A stretch of 64,000 nt of DNA from Octopus vulgaris (GCA_951406725.2 OX597826.1:11780001-11844000); one strand, 5' to 3'; counted from the stretch's first letter, positions 26,401-40,656 are shown. The notes: a model not told the origin generated them from the sequence alone. Numbers and translations are program-made.

Positions 26401-27009
26401 TGAGAAGTGAAGTGTGTATGGGTGTATGTATATATATATATATATGTATATATATACACACATTTTATATATATATAAATATAAGTTTATGCATAGGTAG
26501 GTGGGGGGTAAAGGTTATCTACTGTCTGCTATTTCACTTAAAAGACCAACTCACACAAAATGGTTTCTTCATATCTCTCATTTTCACTTTGAAATGCAAT
26601 AATTTATTTTGGCCAGAAAAGTTACCTTTTTTGTATATTTTAAATAATAATAATAATAGTAATATTATTAACACTGAAGTTAATTATTTAGGGAAACCAT
26701 AAAGTTAGTGTCAATGCCTTCAGTGTAATGAACAGCAAAAATTTTAATTAGAAATACTAATTATAAACGCAGTTAAGAATCGACAAACATTCAGCATGGG
26801 AGACAACTCTGGTTGTGTTTTAGTTTTAGGCTTCCTCCTCAGCAAAGCAGAAGGCGTTCTTACCAAAGTACTGATGAAGCAATTACTAAGTAGATGTAAT
26901 ATATTGTAGATGTCTAAGTTTGAGAAATTAGATGCTTATGTAATTATTAAGTCTGAAGTGAGAGAAAGTTATTGAGCAAGACTCTTATAGCATATGTACT
27001 CGATATATT

Positions 27010-27440
27010 GGATGTTATCGGTTTGAATGGCAGTTTTTTCTAGCAGTGTCATATGAAATTGTCACCTATAATTATGACCCTAGTATCGATCTATTGCATT
27101 TCAATCTATTCTAGGGTCAGGGTTAGAGTTAGGGGTGGGGGGAAGGGTATCTTTTTTTCTTCAGAAATGTAAATAAACCCAATCTGTTTCTTAAACGAGG
27201 GACATATTCATACGGTACAGAATGTTTTTGTTTTTTTTACCTCAATAGACGCCATTGATTGGTTGAAATTGCAGAAATTGAAGAAAAAAAGCAACAAATA
27301 TCTCACAAATTATAGAATTTTCTCAATAAAGCCAAGAGAACAAAATGTTCTATAAATACATTCTACCAGTATACAAAGTTTAAAATTTTTTAGTTACCTA
27401 GAAATTTTGTTAAAAACTGCCGTTCAAACCGAAAAGATCC
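27010..27440. mobile_element. Second copy of the same MITE, inverted, with 8-bp TSD gatatatt
   Basis: Reverse-complement match to 9723-10149; TSD at 27002-27009 and 27441-27448. Confidence 0.88.
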
Positions 27441-28649
27441 GATATATTCTCTTCAAATTTCTAACACAAGAACAAGGGTAAAACCTCATTATTAGAGTGG
27501 TGCTTGACTTGTTTTCCCCCAACTAGGTTGTTGGAAGACAACATCAATCTGATTGGAGATAAGATTTGAAGTCCGAATGTAAATGTTGAAATCTCACTGG
27601 AGTAGACTTTGCTCTTTATCCATCTGAGGTCCATGAGAACGATAATGGTGTCTTGAATAATAAGAGAGCAACGCGATAATCATATTCAAATCCAATCTCT
27701 TTCTCCTGTATACTTGAGTAAATTTATTATGATTAATTAAATGAAATGAATATTGATGATGTAAGTATTAGAAGAATCTTAAAAGTAATGCAATTGAGAA
27801 AGTTTTCCTTTAGTTTAAGCCTTTAGCATTCAAACTGGCCATATTCTGGTCCAAATATTTTACCTGTTTTATGTTAAAACTGGCCAGATCCAACCTATCA
27901 CACCTACCCTACCATGTCATTCTAAAAGTAAACAATAACATCACTGAAACTCTGAAGCCATTAGGTAATACATGATTAATTCGAAACAGCATGGATAATT
28001 AAAGCATCATATTTGACCATAATCTGAATGCACAATAAATTTTTCTTATCTTAACAACAGGAAAGAGGTGGGTTTGATGCACTATACATAGTTCTGTTGT
28101 ATACGATATACATGATAAATATGATAAATTTTCCAACTTTCTCAATTTGATTAAAATTCAGATGTCCTTGTAAGTGAAATGAAAGAAGAAATATATATAT
28201 ATATATATGCACAAACACAAACAGCTATCAAATACTAAAATTTCAGAAACTTGACAATAAATCATACGTAAAATGAAGAAATGGTTGGGTTTTTGTTTTT
28301 TTTTCTCTAAAATACTATGAACCTATACACAAATTAATGGTATTTTCCTATTATTGTTTTGGAATATAAGATGCATTTGGAAGTATTACTTATACTTAAG
28401 CTGGAATTTTAGTAAAGTTCTCTAACAAAATTTTGTGCTTTCAATAGTTAAACATTTTCTAATATTCAAATTTTTGCAACTGTTACTTTTGAATTTTTTG
28501 ATGTTTTTTTTGTTTGTTTTATCTTGTCTTATATTTTTTTATAATTGCTTGTGTGTTTTACTTTGAGAAATAAAATTAAACATTTTCATATTCATAAAGC
28601 TGATCTTTATATGTATGTTTGATATATATATATATATGTGTGTATATAA

Positions 28650-28840
28650 CAGGGTGAACCAAAAGTCACACACCAAAACATTTAATTTATATTGTTATCA
28701 TTATTATTTGTTTTGTTCATCACATGCAAGTACATGTGTATTCATCTTTTATTTTATATAATTTTAGAAAAATTGAAGCATGACTGACCATTCTGGAGCA
28801 TATTTGAGCTTATTTTGTGTGAGACTTTTGGCCCACCCTG
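28650..28840. mobile_element. Tc1/mariner-type MITE
   Basis: TIRs cagggtg..ccaaaagtc.cac / gtg.gacttttgg..caccctg in a TA-rich flank. Confidence 0.7.
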
Positions 28841-30189
28841 TATATTATTTATCATATATATATATATATATTTATGTATGATTCTGCTCCTTAGTCCTTG
28901 GTGCTATGGAAGCAGAGAAGATCCACCCTCCTATAAATTCATTTCTATTTTATTCTATCTCCATGTCAGTTTTGTCCAATATTCAGTTTGACATACACAA
29001 TAATGTCAGTGTCTACAGATGTGTATGTTCATAAGAATGTATGTCTTAATTTTTAAAATTTCCTCCTCTATTGTTTAAATCTGTACAATTTTGCAAAATC
29101 TTAATCTCCGAGAACCCCTAAATTTTATGGTTTGAAATAGAAAATTTTCAAAAACAAATAATAGATATTCCAATCCATTTTATTTTTTGCACATACAATA
29201 TAAATATGAATTTTGTGGATTTACCAAAGGAATTTCAACACCTTTGTTACTTTACACCTGTCACAATCTCATACCTTTATCTTAATGCTAGCACCACACA
29301 ACCCTTTCTTCAAACCTGAACAATAATCCGTAACTCTAAACCATCATTAATCATAATCTTGAACCCTAAATTAACTCCTTACCCATTTCTGATTAATCTT
29401 CTAACCCATAATATCTAACAAAATGCAATGAATTTTATTGAATATTTTTGCTAAATGAATCAAATCTATTATTTGTTTTGAATAAAATATTGAAAGCTAC
29501 AGGGTGAAGTGCTTTCAAAATTCTGGCTTATGTTGTGTTTGAATTATTTTGAGCTTGAATTATTTTTATGCATCCTTGATATAAAATTACTTGAGTGTGT
29601 TGTATATAATATAGCACTGACTGCAAATGTTCTTCACATGTTTAAACTTATTATTACTTAATCATTTTGACCATTATTAATATCAATAAAGCAGCAAACT
29701 GCAGAATTATTGGCGCATTAGATAAAATGCTTATCGACATTTCTTCTGGCTCTGTTTTAAGTTCAAATTCTGCCCAAGTTGATTTTGCCTTTCTTCGTTT
29801 CAAGGTTCATAAAATGAATTATCAACTGAGACATTTCCCTCTAAAACTGCTGGCTTTGTGCCTAAAGCTGCAACTAATATTATTATTGATATCAATAAGG
29901 GGGTGAGCCGACAGAATTGTTAGCAGGCTGAGTGAAATGCTTAGTGACCTTTTGTCTGTCTTTACATTCTGAGTTCAAATTCCATGTAGATTGACTTTGC
30001 TTTTCATCCTTTTGGGTTACTAAAATACCAATTGTAGCACTGGGGTCAATGAAATTGACGTACTCCTTTCCTCTAAAATTGCTGGCCTTGTGCCTAAAGT
30101 TGAAACCAATATTATTGATATCAATAAGTAATTCCAATTGCAGCCAAATATCCTTGTAATATCATATTCCTATACTAAGCAAAACAGAA

Positions 30190-30850
30190 TCATCATCATC
30201 ATCGTTTAATGTCCATTTTCCATGCTAGCATGGGTTGGACGGTTCGACTGGGGTCTGGGAAGCCAGGGGCTGCACCAGGCTCCAGTCTGATCTGGCAGTG
30301 TTTCTACAGCTGGATGCCCTTCCTAACGCCAACCACTCCTCGAGTGTAGTGGGTGCTTTTTACGTACCACCTGCACAGGTGCCAGGGGAGTCTGGCATCG
30401 GCCACGATCGGTTGGTGCTTTTAATGTGCCACCGGCACGGAAGCCAGCCAGGGTGGCGCTGGCATCGGCCACGTTCGTATGGTGCTTTTTATGTGCCACC
30501 GGCACAGAAGCCAGTCGAGGCGGTGCTGGCATTGGCCACGTTCGGATGGTGTTTTTTATGTGCCACCAGCACAGAAGCCAGTCGAGGCGGTGCTGGCATC
30601 GGCCACGTTCGTATGGTGTTTTTTATGTGCCACCAGCACAGAAGCCAGTCGAGGCGGTGCTGGCATCGGCCACGTTCGTATGGTGTTTTTTATGTGCCAC
30701 CAGCACAGAAGCCAGTCGAGGCGGTGCTGGCATCGGCCACGTTCGTATGGTGTTTTTTATGTGCCACCGGCACAGAAGCCAGTCGAGGCGGCGCTGGCAA
30801 CAGCCACGTTCGGATACTTCTTTTTATGTTCCACCAGCACAGGTATCACA
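30190..30850 (-). mobile_element. RTE 3'-UTR fragment with an internal 67-bp tandem expansion
   Basis: (CAT)n tail at 30190; ccagtcgagg recurs at 30511, 30578, 30645, 30712 and 30779. Confidence 0.88.
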
Positions 30851-30878
30851 ACTATATAAGATTTTTATTATTTTAGAA

Positions 30879-31001
30879 GTTCTCCTGGGGCCACAAGTTA
30901 CAGTAACATCCACCCTTAGTGGTTAGCCATATTTAGATGACAAATATACTTCACATCGTCGTGCAGTTACTGTCTATACCTCGTCAAGAGATTTATTATA
31001 G

Positions 31002-31044
<43 letters not shown>

Positions 31045-31475
31045 TCTCCTGGGGCCACAAGTTACAGTAACATCCACCCTTAGTGGTTAACCATATTCAG
31101 ATGACAAATATACTTCACGATGTGGTGCAGTTAATGTCTATACCTCGTCAAGAGATTTATTATAGCTTGTTTACACTTTTTCAAGATCAGTGACAAAAAG
31201 TCATCGGAAAAAGGATAAATGTATTTGCATTGGGACCCCTTTCATCGAAAACCAGTGATTGTCGTACGCTGATGACGGGTCAATACCCAGAAACTCGAGT
31301 CCGTGCGTATCACGTAGGTTAACGATGGGAAGGATAGCTTCCCTTTGCAAATACCGAGAGGGCACAGAAAGTGTGTCAATAGCCAGCTGGAGAAGATGTT
31401 CTCCTGGGGCCACAAGCTACAGTGACATCCACCCTTAGTGGTTAGCCATATTTAGATGGCAAATATACGTTACAA
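30879..31475 (+). mobile_element. Penelope-like remnant with partial-tandem direct repeats
   Basis: gttctcctggggccacaag... starts at ~30879, ~31042 and ~31398; a hammerhead motif lies between copies 2 and 3. Confidence 0.6.
31263..31307 (+). ncRNA. Minimal type-I hammerhead ribozyme motif
   Basis: cgtacg-CTGATGA-c.gggt(caat)accc.a-GAAA-ctcgag-TC-cgtgcg: stems I and II, intact core, palindromic stem III, GUC site. Confidence 0.75.
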
Positions 31476-32309
31476 TGTTTTAGATCTTTGTGATAAATTC
31501 ACACCTTCCCCTATTTAACAATAACACAAAAATAAATTGTAATTACTTGTAAAAACTACTACATATGACTAACATCAACATAAGAAACCAACAGCATAGG
31601 TGCAGGCGTGGCTGTGTGGTAAGAAGCTTGCTTTCCAACCATATGGTTGCAGGTTCAGTTTCACTGCATGACACTTTGGGCAAATGTCTTCTACAAATAG
31701 CATTGGGCCGATCAAAGCCTTGTGAGTGGATTTGATAGATGGAAACTGAAAGAAGCCCATCGTGTGTGTGTTTATATATATTACAGTGATCACCGTGACC
31801 GACCAGGCTATCAGATGTTGCTACACATCGCTGGTCACAATGCGCTTCGCATTGTTTTAGCCTTCAAATGATGCCACCCCGCTGGCTAAGCGAGCAGGCC
31901 AACAGAAGAAAGAGTGAGAGAAAGTTGTGGCGAAAGAGTACAGCAGGGATCGCCACCACCCCCTGCCGGAGCCTCGTGGAGCTTTAGGTGTTTTCGCTCA
32001 ACAAACACTCACAACACCCGGTCTGGGAATCGAAACCTTCGACCGCGAGTCCGCTGCCCTAACCACTGCGCCTCCACGCATATATATATATATATATATA
32101 TATAATTTGCTCAATTACTCATTTGTTTCTGTATGCTTCCACACCCTTGTTTATGCAATTACCGACTTTTTTCTTTACTTGATAATCTGTACCATTAATA
32201 CATGTGTGTGTGGATTCATCCAATACATTTGAATAAATAGACATTCTGGAATGTTTACCAGCTGCTGTCTGTCGACTTTATATCCTCCCCACTTTCTTAT
32301 TTGCCGTAT

Positions 32310-32369
<60 letters not shown>

Positions 32370-32493
32370 GTACATATAATATTCCTTTCTACTATAGGCA
32401 CAAGGCCTGAAATTTTTGGGGAAGGAGGCTAGTAGATTACATCGAACCCCAGTGTTCGACTCATACGACCTTATGCTTAGGGTATTGGGTTCG

Positions 32494-32905
32494 CGGCGAG
32501 CTGGCAGAAACGTTAGCACGCCGGGCGAAATGCTTAGCGGTATTTCGTCTGCCGTTACGTTGTAAGTTCAAATTCCGCCGAGGTCGACTTTGCCTTTCAT
32601 CCTTTCGGGGTCGATAAATTAAGTACCAGTTACGCACTGGGTTCGATGTAATCGACTTAATACCTATGTCTGTCCTTGTTTGTCCCCTCTATGTTCAGCC
32701 CCTTGTGGGTAATAAAGAAATAGGTATTTCGTCTGCCACTACGTTCTGAGTTCAAATTCCGCCGAGGTCGACCTTGCCTTTCATCCTTTCGGGGTCGATA
32801 AATTAAGTACCAGTTATGCACTGGGGTCGATATAATCGACTTAATCCGTTTGTCTGTCCTTGTTTGTCCCGTCTGTGTTTAGCCCCTTGTGGGTAGTAAA
32901 GAAAT
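32494..32905 (+). mobile_element. tRNA-derived SINE family B with a duplicated body (also ~5157, 23993, 41121, 54772, 55560, 62466(-))
   Basis: Head gcggcgagctggcagaaacgttagc...gagttcaaattcc; body gcctttcatcctttcggggtcgataaattaagtacc. Confidence 0.85.
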
Positions 32906-33519
32906 ATATAATATTCCTTTCTACTATAGGCACAAGGCCTGAAATTTTGGGGGAAGGAGGCTAGTAGATTACATCGAACCCCAGTGTTCGACTCATACGA
33001 CCGTATGCTTAGGGTATTGGGTTCACGAATATAAACTCGTAGGTTCGATTCCTGGACCGGTTGGCAAGTTGCCTCGAATAGCAATGTTATCAAATTTTCG
33101 GTTGTGGACTGAAAGAAGATTGGGCTTGAAGAAGTTTTCCCTCGTTGTCTCTAAAATTCATTACATTGTGTACAATGTTTTAATTCTTTAAAACTTTGTT
33201 CAACCTTTGCCTTTCATCTTTCCATGGTCAATAAATTAAACATCAATCTAGCAAATGGCAGCCTCGCTTACAACTGTTTCATTCATTACTGATCGACGTG
33301 AACCCGGTACACAATTGCGAACCATCTTACGATGTCAGATTGTTCTGTGATGACAAGATTATACTTCTATCGCAAAAACGTACCCTAGACATCACTCACA
33401 ATGCTCAGGTACCCAGAATGAATTGATTCTCGGTTGTACTTACACGTCCGTGCTGGGTGGCTGTGTTTTATGCGTATTGACGTACGTACTCGTCCCCATC
33501 AAGGGACCAGTGAACAGAT

Positions 33520-33670
33520 TACATAGGAAGGCATTTTATTCTAATAAAGTGTATTCTCTGCAGGAAACGGTTGAGATGATCAAGGAAATACGTGACGGTG
33601 GAAGCTTCGATACTGTGGGTCGCGAGTTTTGTGTCAAAGGGTCTGTCATTGGTTCCATTTATAAAGTGTG
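33520..33670 (+). pseudogene. Degenerate pogo/Tigger (CENP-B-type HTH) transposase fragment
   Basis: YSLQETVEMIKEIRDGGSFDTVGREFCVKGSVIGSIYK resembles the N-terminal psq-type HTH; no downstream DDE frame seen. Confidence 0.45.
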
Positions 33671-35573
33671 TGATGATTCATTTATCACTTCTTTTTAAAG
33701 CTAAACCCGTGTGATAAACGAGGATAGATGCACTGGGGTAATCATAATTAACTATGCTCTTCTCTCAAGCGCTTGACCTTCTACATATGTTAGAAACCAA
33801 TTTGGAGAAACAAGATTTGTGTAGGAGATCAAACGCAGAAGATAACAGAAAGTGAAAGACAAAGGAACGAAACAGCTGGGTTGACAATAAGTGGTAAGTG
33901 AAGCAATATTTGAATTGTGGGAGGCAGCAAAGAAATTAAGAAGTTGCTGCTGTTGGTGTGATTGAGTGTGTTACGCTTTAGTTTCAAAGGAAACAGCAAG
34001 ACTCTTCTGTTGAACAATGGTTTGTATAGCCATTCTGTTAACGATGAAGGAAGTCACCATTGAGTTGTTGCTTATCAGAGTGTCAATCTGCAAAGAGATA
34101 ACTTAGTATCTCCTTGCTTGCTGCTGTCAGCATTATGTCTTTTGTTCGAAAAATTGACCAGGGTGTAATATAAGGCAGGATACAGGAAACTGTAAGTGTT
34201 ACAATATAATTTAGTTTTCCTTCTGAGAGAATAAGGTATTTAAACCTCCTAATAGACTAATTTCCGTTGTGGCATTTTATTGTGTCTACGATCAAGACAA
34301 TTAATTTCAAAATTTAACAACCTTCGAGAGAAAGCACCTGAACTGCCAGTGGCATCTGTTATAGAGTTCGGGGGGGGGGGGGGGATTTGTATTCTTTCCT
34401 TCTTAATGGGTTAATCAGAGGAAGAAGGGCAAGGCCCATTTCTATTTTCAGGCCTTCGACGTTGGTAGAGGGAAAGGGTAAAGCTATCAGAGACCTGGTT
34501 CGATTGTCTTGAACAGAGTGAATTCCTCTAAAGACACCCAGGGACCAGCTGATGGTAATAAATATGGCAACGGATTAAGTTTGTCGCCCATGAAAAGCTT
34601 CCACACTCAAAAATGTTTTGGTCGATCCGAGGTTATGGTAGAAGACACATGCCCAAGGTTCCGTACCGTGGAATTGAGCCCGAAATCATGTAGTTACAAA
34701 GCTAATATCTTAAACCCAGTCATATCTAATCTGTTTTAGCTAGCTGTAGGGTAGAACATTTATCAAATCTTTCTACTTTAAAGGAGGAAATTGGTTCAGC
34801 GTTCTGTAATTTCTACCACTACGCTACTTTCAGTCGCTAAGTAAATAACAATTTCTTCTAGGGAAAACAAGATCACAGATTTATAATGGAAGTGGACTCC
34901 ACTTCCTTTGGTATATCGATGGTGCTTATTTTATTGATATTCGTTAAAACCGTTCTTATACTCTGTACCGCCCTTTTCATTAACGGAAGAATCTCTGCAC
35001 GATCGTTTAACCTGCTTGTAACAAAAGCTAAATAACCCTCAGGTCTAATCTTATTGTCTTTATAAAAGTAACCAGTGATACAGTCCTAGCTATACTGTGT
35101 ACAGATAAAGAAAAGAAGAGATAAGTGAAGGTCATGAACAAGTCATCTTTGATCATTGATCTGTTCAATCAGGGCTGACCAGAGACTAAACAAGTTAAGT
35201 ATTAAGATCGTTAATAATAATTCTCTAAGACGAAAAGAGTGTGAAAGTGAAAGGAAAACGAAGCGCATCTTAAATCAACTCAATAAAACAATCGGCTGTC
35301 GTTTTTTAACCCTGAGTAAGCTCTGAATGAACAAAACTGTGATCAACGAAGTTCCATCCTTAGCCATTGTATCTGTTCTTTCATTAAAAAAAAAAAAAAA
35401 ATTCAGACATAGGCGCTAGTGCGGCTGTGTGGTGCGAAGCTTGCTTCTCAGCGATATGGTTCTGAGTTCAGTCCCACTGCATGGCATCTTCGGCAAGTGT
35501 CTTCTACTATAGGTCCGAGCCGACCAAAGGCATGTAAGTGGATTTGATAGACAGAAACTTAAAGAAGCCCGTC

Positions 35574-35621
<48 letters not shown>

Positions 35622-35635
35622 AATTAATATATATA

Positions 35636-35675
<40 letters not shown>

Positions 35676-35695
35676 GTATACATATATATATCTAA

Positions 35696-35737
<42 letters not shown>

Positions 35738-35755
35738 GTATACATATATATCTAA

Positions 35756-35786
<31 letters not shown>

Positions 35787-35833
35787 ATATATGTACATAT
35801 ATGTATATATATATATATATATATACTCTCATA

Positions 35834-35891
<58 letters not shown>

Positions 35892-36799
35892 GTATGTATA
35901 TGTGTGTGTGTGTTTGTGTCTGTCCCCCCCTTGACAATCGGTGTTGGTCCGTTTACGTTCCCTGGCAAAAAGAGACTGATAGAATAAGTACTAAGCTAAA
36001 AGAAAGACAAATACTGGGGTCGATACATTCCACTAAAAGTTCTTCAAGTTGGTGCCCCAGCATGGCTGTAGTCAAACGAGTGAAACAGGCAAAAGATAAA
36101 AGATAAAACATGTTTCTAGAAAACATTATCTACGAGCTCGATCTGAAGTTCTTGTTTGTTATTCCTTTGCTCCTAGCGAGGTCTGCATGAGAAGAGCTAT
36201 GATCAACAGAACTCCAGCTATGACCATCACATCCTACTTTCAGGCATTGTGGGTAGAACTGCATTGTTCATGTTTTCGTTTAAAGACAGCAGTTTGAGCA
36301 GGCTCGACAAAAGCCAACTGATATCCCGGGCCTATATGAGCAACCTTTTCCGAGAAGCGGGCCGCATACAGACATGACTCATTATCAGATGGGCTGCATT
36401 AATAAAACAATTTCAAGAAAATTTTTCGTTTGTTGTGCCATTTAGAAAGTCTTGCGGGCTGCAGGTTGCTCATGGCTGACCTTACCCAGCAATGGTACTC
36501 CCTCGACCCTTCCATTGTCAAACTGATAAGGCATCAAGATTCTTCAAATACTGAATGTCAAATAATAGATTAAAAAATTCAGTTTTTTCTCCAGGCTAAA
36601 CTCAAGTATGTTACACAATCACTATAATAATAAAAGAGAAATTCTGTTTGTCCGTCTGAGCCCCCTTCATCTCAGTCTACATTTGCTCTACATAGATCCT
36701 TTTGGAATCAAGATGATCTCGCGATTGAAAATCTGCCCTTCATTTGGTTCTTGAACATCCAGCATTTGGATGTGATTTAAAAGCATTTGGGTTGCTGTT

Positions 36800-39700
36800 T
36801 CTTATTTCTTTACTGCCCAGAAGGGGCTAAACACAGAGGGGACAAACAAGGACACACAAAGGGATTAAATCGATTATATCGACCTCAGTGCATAACTAGT
36901 ACTTATTTAATCGACCCCGAAAGGATGAAAAGCAAAGTCGACCTCGGCGGAATTTTAACTCAGAACGTAACGGCAGACGAAATACCTATTTCTGTACTAC
37001 CCACAAGGGGCTAAACACAGAGAGGATAAACAAGGACAGACAAACGGATTAAGTCGATTAACTGGTACTTAATTTATCGACCCCGAAAGGATGAAAAGCA
37101 AAGTCGACCTCGGCGGAATTTTAACTCAGAACGTAACGGCGGACGAAATACCTATTTCTGTACTACCCACAAGGGGCTAAACACAGAGAGGATAAACAAG
37201 GACAGACAAACGGATTAAGTCGATTAACTGGTACTTAATTTATCGACCCCGAAAGGATGAAAGGCAAAGTCGACCTCGGCGGAATTTTAACTCAGAACGT
37301 AACGGCGGACGAAATACCTATTTCTGTACTACCCACAAGGGGCTAAACACAGAGAGGATAAACAAGGACAGACAAACGGATTAAGTCGATTAACTGGTAC
37401 TTAATTTATCGACCCCGAAAGGATGAAAAGCAAAGTCGACCTCGGCGGAATTTTAACTCAGAACGTAACGGCAGACGAAATACCTATTTCTGTACTACCC
37501 ACAAGGGGCTAAACACAGAGAGGATAAACAAGGACAGACAAACGGATTAAGTCGATTAACTGGTACTTAATTTATCGACCCCGAAAGGATGAAAGGCAAA
37601 GTCGACCTCGGCGGAATTTTAACTCAGAACGTAACGGCAGACGAAATACCTATTTCTGTACTACCCACAAGGGGCTAAACACAGAGAGGATAAACAAGGA
37701 CAGACAAACGGATTAAGTCGATTAACTGGTACTTAATTTATCGACCCCGAAAGGATGAAAAGCAAAGTCGACCTCGGCGGAATTTTAACTCAGAACGTAA
37801 CGGCAGACGAAATACCTATTTCTGTACTACCCACAAGGGCTAAACACAGAGAGGATAAACAAGGACAGACAAACGGATTAAGTCGATTAACTGGTACTTA
37901 ATTTATCGACCCCGAAAGGATGAAAAGCAAAGTCGACTTCGGCGGAATTTTAACTCAGAACGTAACGGCAGACGAAATACCTATTTCTGTACTACCCACA
38001 AGGGGCTAAACACAGAGAGGATAAACAAGGACAGACAAACGGATTAAGTCGATTAACTGGTACTTAATTTATCGACCCCGAAAGGATGAAAAGCAAAGTC
38101 GACCTCGGCGGAATTTTAACTCAGAACGTAACGGCAGACGAAATACCTATTTCTGTACTACCCACAAGGGGCTAAACACAGAGAGGATAAACAAGGACAG
38201 ACAAACGGATTAAGTCGATTAACTGGTACTTAATTTATCGACCCCGAAAGGATGAAAGGCAAAGTCGACCTCGGCGGAATTTTAACTCAGAACGTAACGG
38301 CAGACGAAATACCTATTTCTGTACTACCCACAAGGGGCTAAACACAGAAGGGACAAACAAGGACAGACAAACGGATTAAGTCGATTAACTGGTACTTAAT
38401 TTATCGACCCCGAAAGGATGAAAAGCAAAGTCGACCTCGGCGGAATTTTAACTCAGAACGTAACGGCAGACGAAATACCTATTTCTGTACTACCCACAAG
38501 GGGCTAAACACAGAGAGGATAAACAAGGACAGACAAACGGATTAAGTCGATTAACTGGTACTTAATTTATCGACCCCGAAAGGATGAAAAGCAAAGTCGA
38601 CCTCGGCGGAATTTTAACTCAGAACGTAACGGCGGACGAAATACCTATTTCTGTACTACCCACAAGGGGCTAAACACAGAGAGGATAAACAAGGACAGAC
38701 AAACGGATTAAGTCGATTAACTGGTACTTAATTTATCGACCCCGAAAGGATGAAAGGCAAAGTCGACCTCGGCGGAATTTTAACTCAGAACGTAACGGCA
38801 GACGAAATACCTATTTCTGTACTACCCACAAGGGGCTAAACACAGAGAGGATAAACAAGGACAGACAAACGGATTAAGTCGATTAACTGGTACTTAATTT
38901 ATCGACCCCGAAAGGATGAAAAGCAAAGTCGACCTCGGCGGAATTTTAACTCAGAACGTAACGGCAGACGAAATACCTATTTCTGTACTACCCACAAGGG
39001 GCTAAACACAGAGAGGATAAACAAGGACAGACAAACGGATTAAGTCGATTAACTGGTACTTAATTTATCGACCCGAAAGGATGAAAGGCAAAGTCGACCT
39101 CGGCGGAATTTTAACTCAGAACGTAACGGCAGACGAAATACCTATTTCTGTACTACCCACAAGGGGCTAAACACAGAAGGGACAAACAAGGACAGACAAA
39201 CGGATTAAGTCGATTAACTGGTACTTAATTTATCGACCCCGAAAGGATGAAAAGCAAAGTCGACCTCGGCGGAATTTTAACTCAGAACGTAACGGCAGAC
39301 GAAATACCTATTTCTGTACTACCCACAAGGGGCTAAACACAGAGAGGATAAACAAGGACAGACAAACGGATTAAGTCGATTAACTGGTACTTAATTTATC
39401 GACCCCGAAAGGATGAAAAGCAAAGTCGACCTCGGCGGAATTTTAACTCAGAACGTAACGGCAGACGAAATACCTATTTCTGTACTACCCACAAGGGGCT
39501 AAACACAGAGAGGATAAACAAGGACAGACAAACGGATTAAGTCGATTAACTGGTACTTAATTTATCGACCCCGAAAGGATGAAAGGCAAAGTCGACCTCG
39601 GCGGAATTTTAACTCAGAACGTAACGGCAGACGAAATACCTATTTCTGTACTACCCACAAGGGGCTAAACACAGAAGGGACAAACAAGGACAGACAAACG

Positions 39701-40378
39701 GATTAAGTCGATTAACTGGTACTTAATTTATCGACCCCGAAAGGATGAAAAGCAAAGTCGACCTCGGCGGAATTTTAACTCAGAACGTAACGGCAGACGA
39801 AATACCTATTTCTGTACTACCCACAAGGGGCTAAACACAGAAGGGACAAACAAGGACAGACAAACGGATTAAGTCGATTAACTGGTACTTAATTTATCGA
39901 CCCCGAAAGGATGAAAAGCAAAGTCGACCTCGGCGGAATTTTAACTCAGAACGTAACGGCAGACGAAATACCTATTTCTGTACTACCCACAAGGGGCTAA
40001 ACACAGAAGGGACAAACAAGGACAGACAAACGGATTAAGTCGATTACATCAACTCCAGTGCAGAACTGGTACTTAATTTATCGACCCCGAAAGGATGAAA
40101 AGCAAAGTCGACCTCGGCGGAATTTGAACTCAGAACGTAACGGCAGACGAAAAACCTATTTGTTTACTACCCACAAGGGGCTAAACACAGAGAGGACAGA
40201 CAAACGGATTAAGTCGATTATATCGACTCCAGTGCGTAACTGGTACTTAATTTATCGACCCCGAAAGGATGAAGGGCAAAGTCAGCTTCGGTGGAATTTG
40301 AACTCAGAACGTAGCGGCAGACGAAATACTGCTAAGCATTTTGCCCGGCGTGCTAACGGTTCTGCCAGCTCGTCACCT
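36800..40378 (-). repeat. Satellite-like tandem array of a 166-bp SINE-derived unit, about 20 copies
   Basis: actggtactt recurs at 37061, 37227, 37393, etc. The unit matches the dispersed SINE at 32494, 54772 and 62466. The tRNA-like head is at the 40378 end. Confidence 0.95.
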
Positions 40379-40529
40379 TATTTAGGTTACTATTTCTAGC
40401 AAGTAAAGTCTCCCTCGTTGATTGGTGGTAGTAGGTGGAACTGACTAAACATGATCGTAATACAACTATACAAGCACAACATATTGGTCATTGTGATATA
40501 ATATTGTAATATTACAATATTACAATATT

Positions 40530-40580
<51 letters not shown>

Positions 40581-40656
40581 AAATATTAGGGAATAAATCC
40601 AAACTTACAGGGAAAAATCAGATTTAGGATTGAATCCAATTTTATAGTAAAATATT

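Noticed and set aside
30235-30926. Overlapping 126-213 aa ORFs with repeated peptides, and similar ORFs at 3568, 11053, 20651
   Set aside because: By-products of the GC-richer 67-bp RTE 3'-UTR repeat, which is open in several frames; no protein-family signal.
36800-40378. CRISPR-like appearance of the regular array
   Set aside because: Units are near-identical along their whole length with no unique spacers, derive from a SINE, and have no cas genes; the context is eukaryotic.
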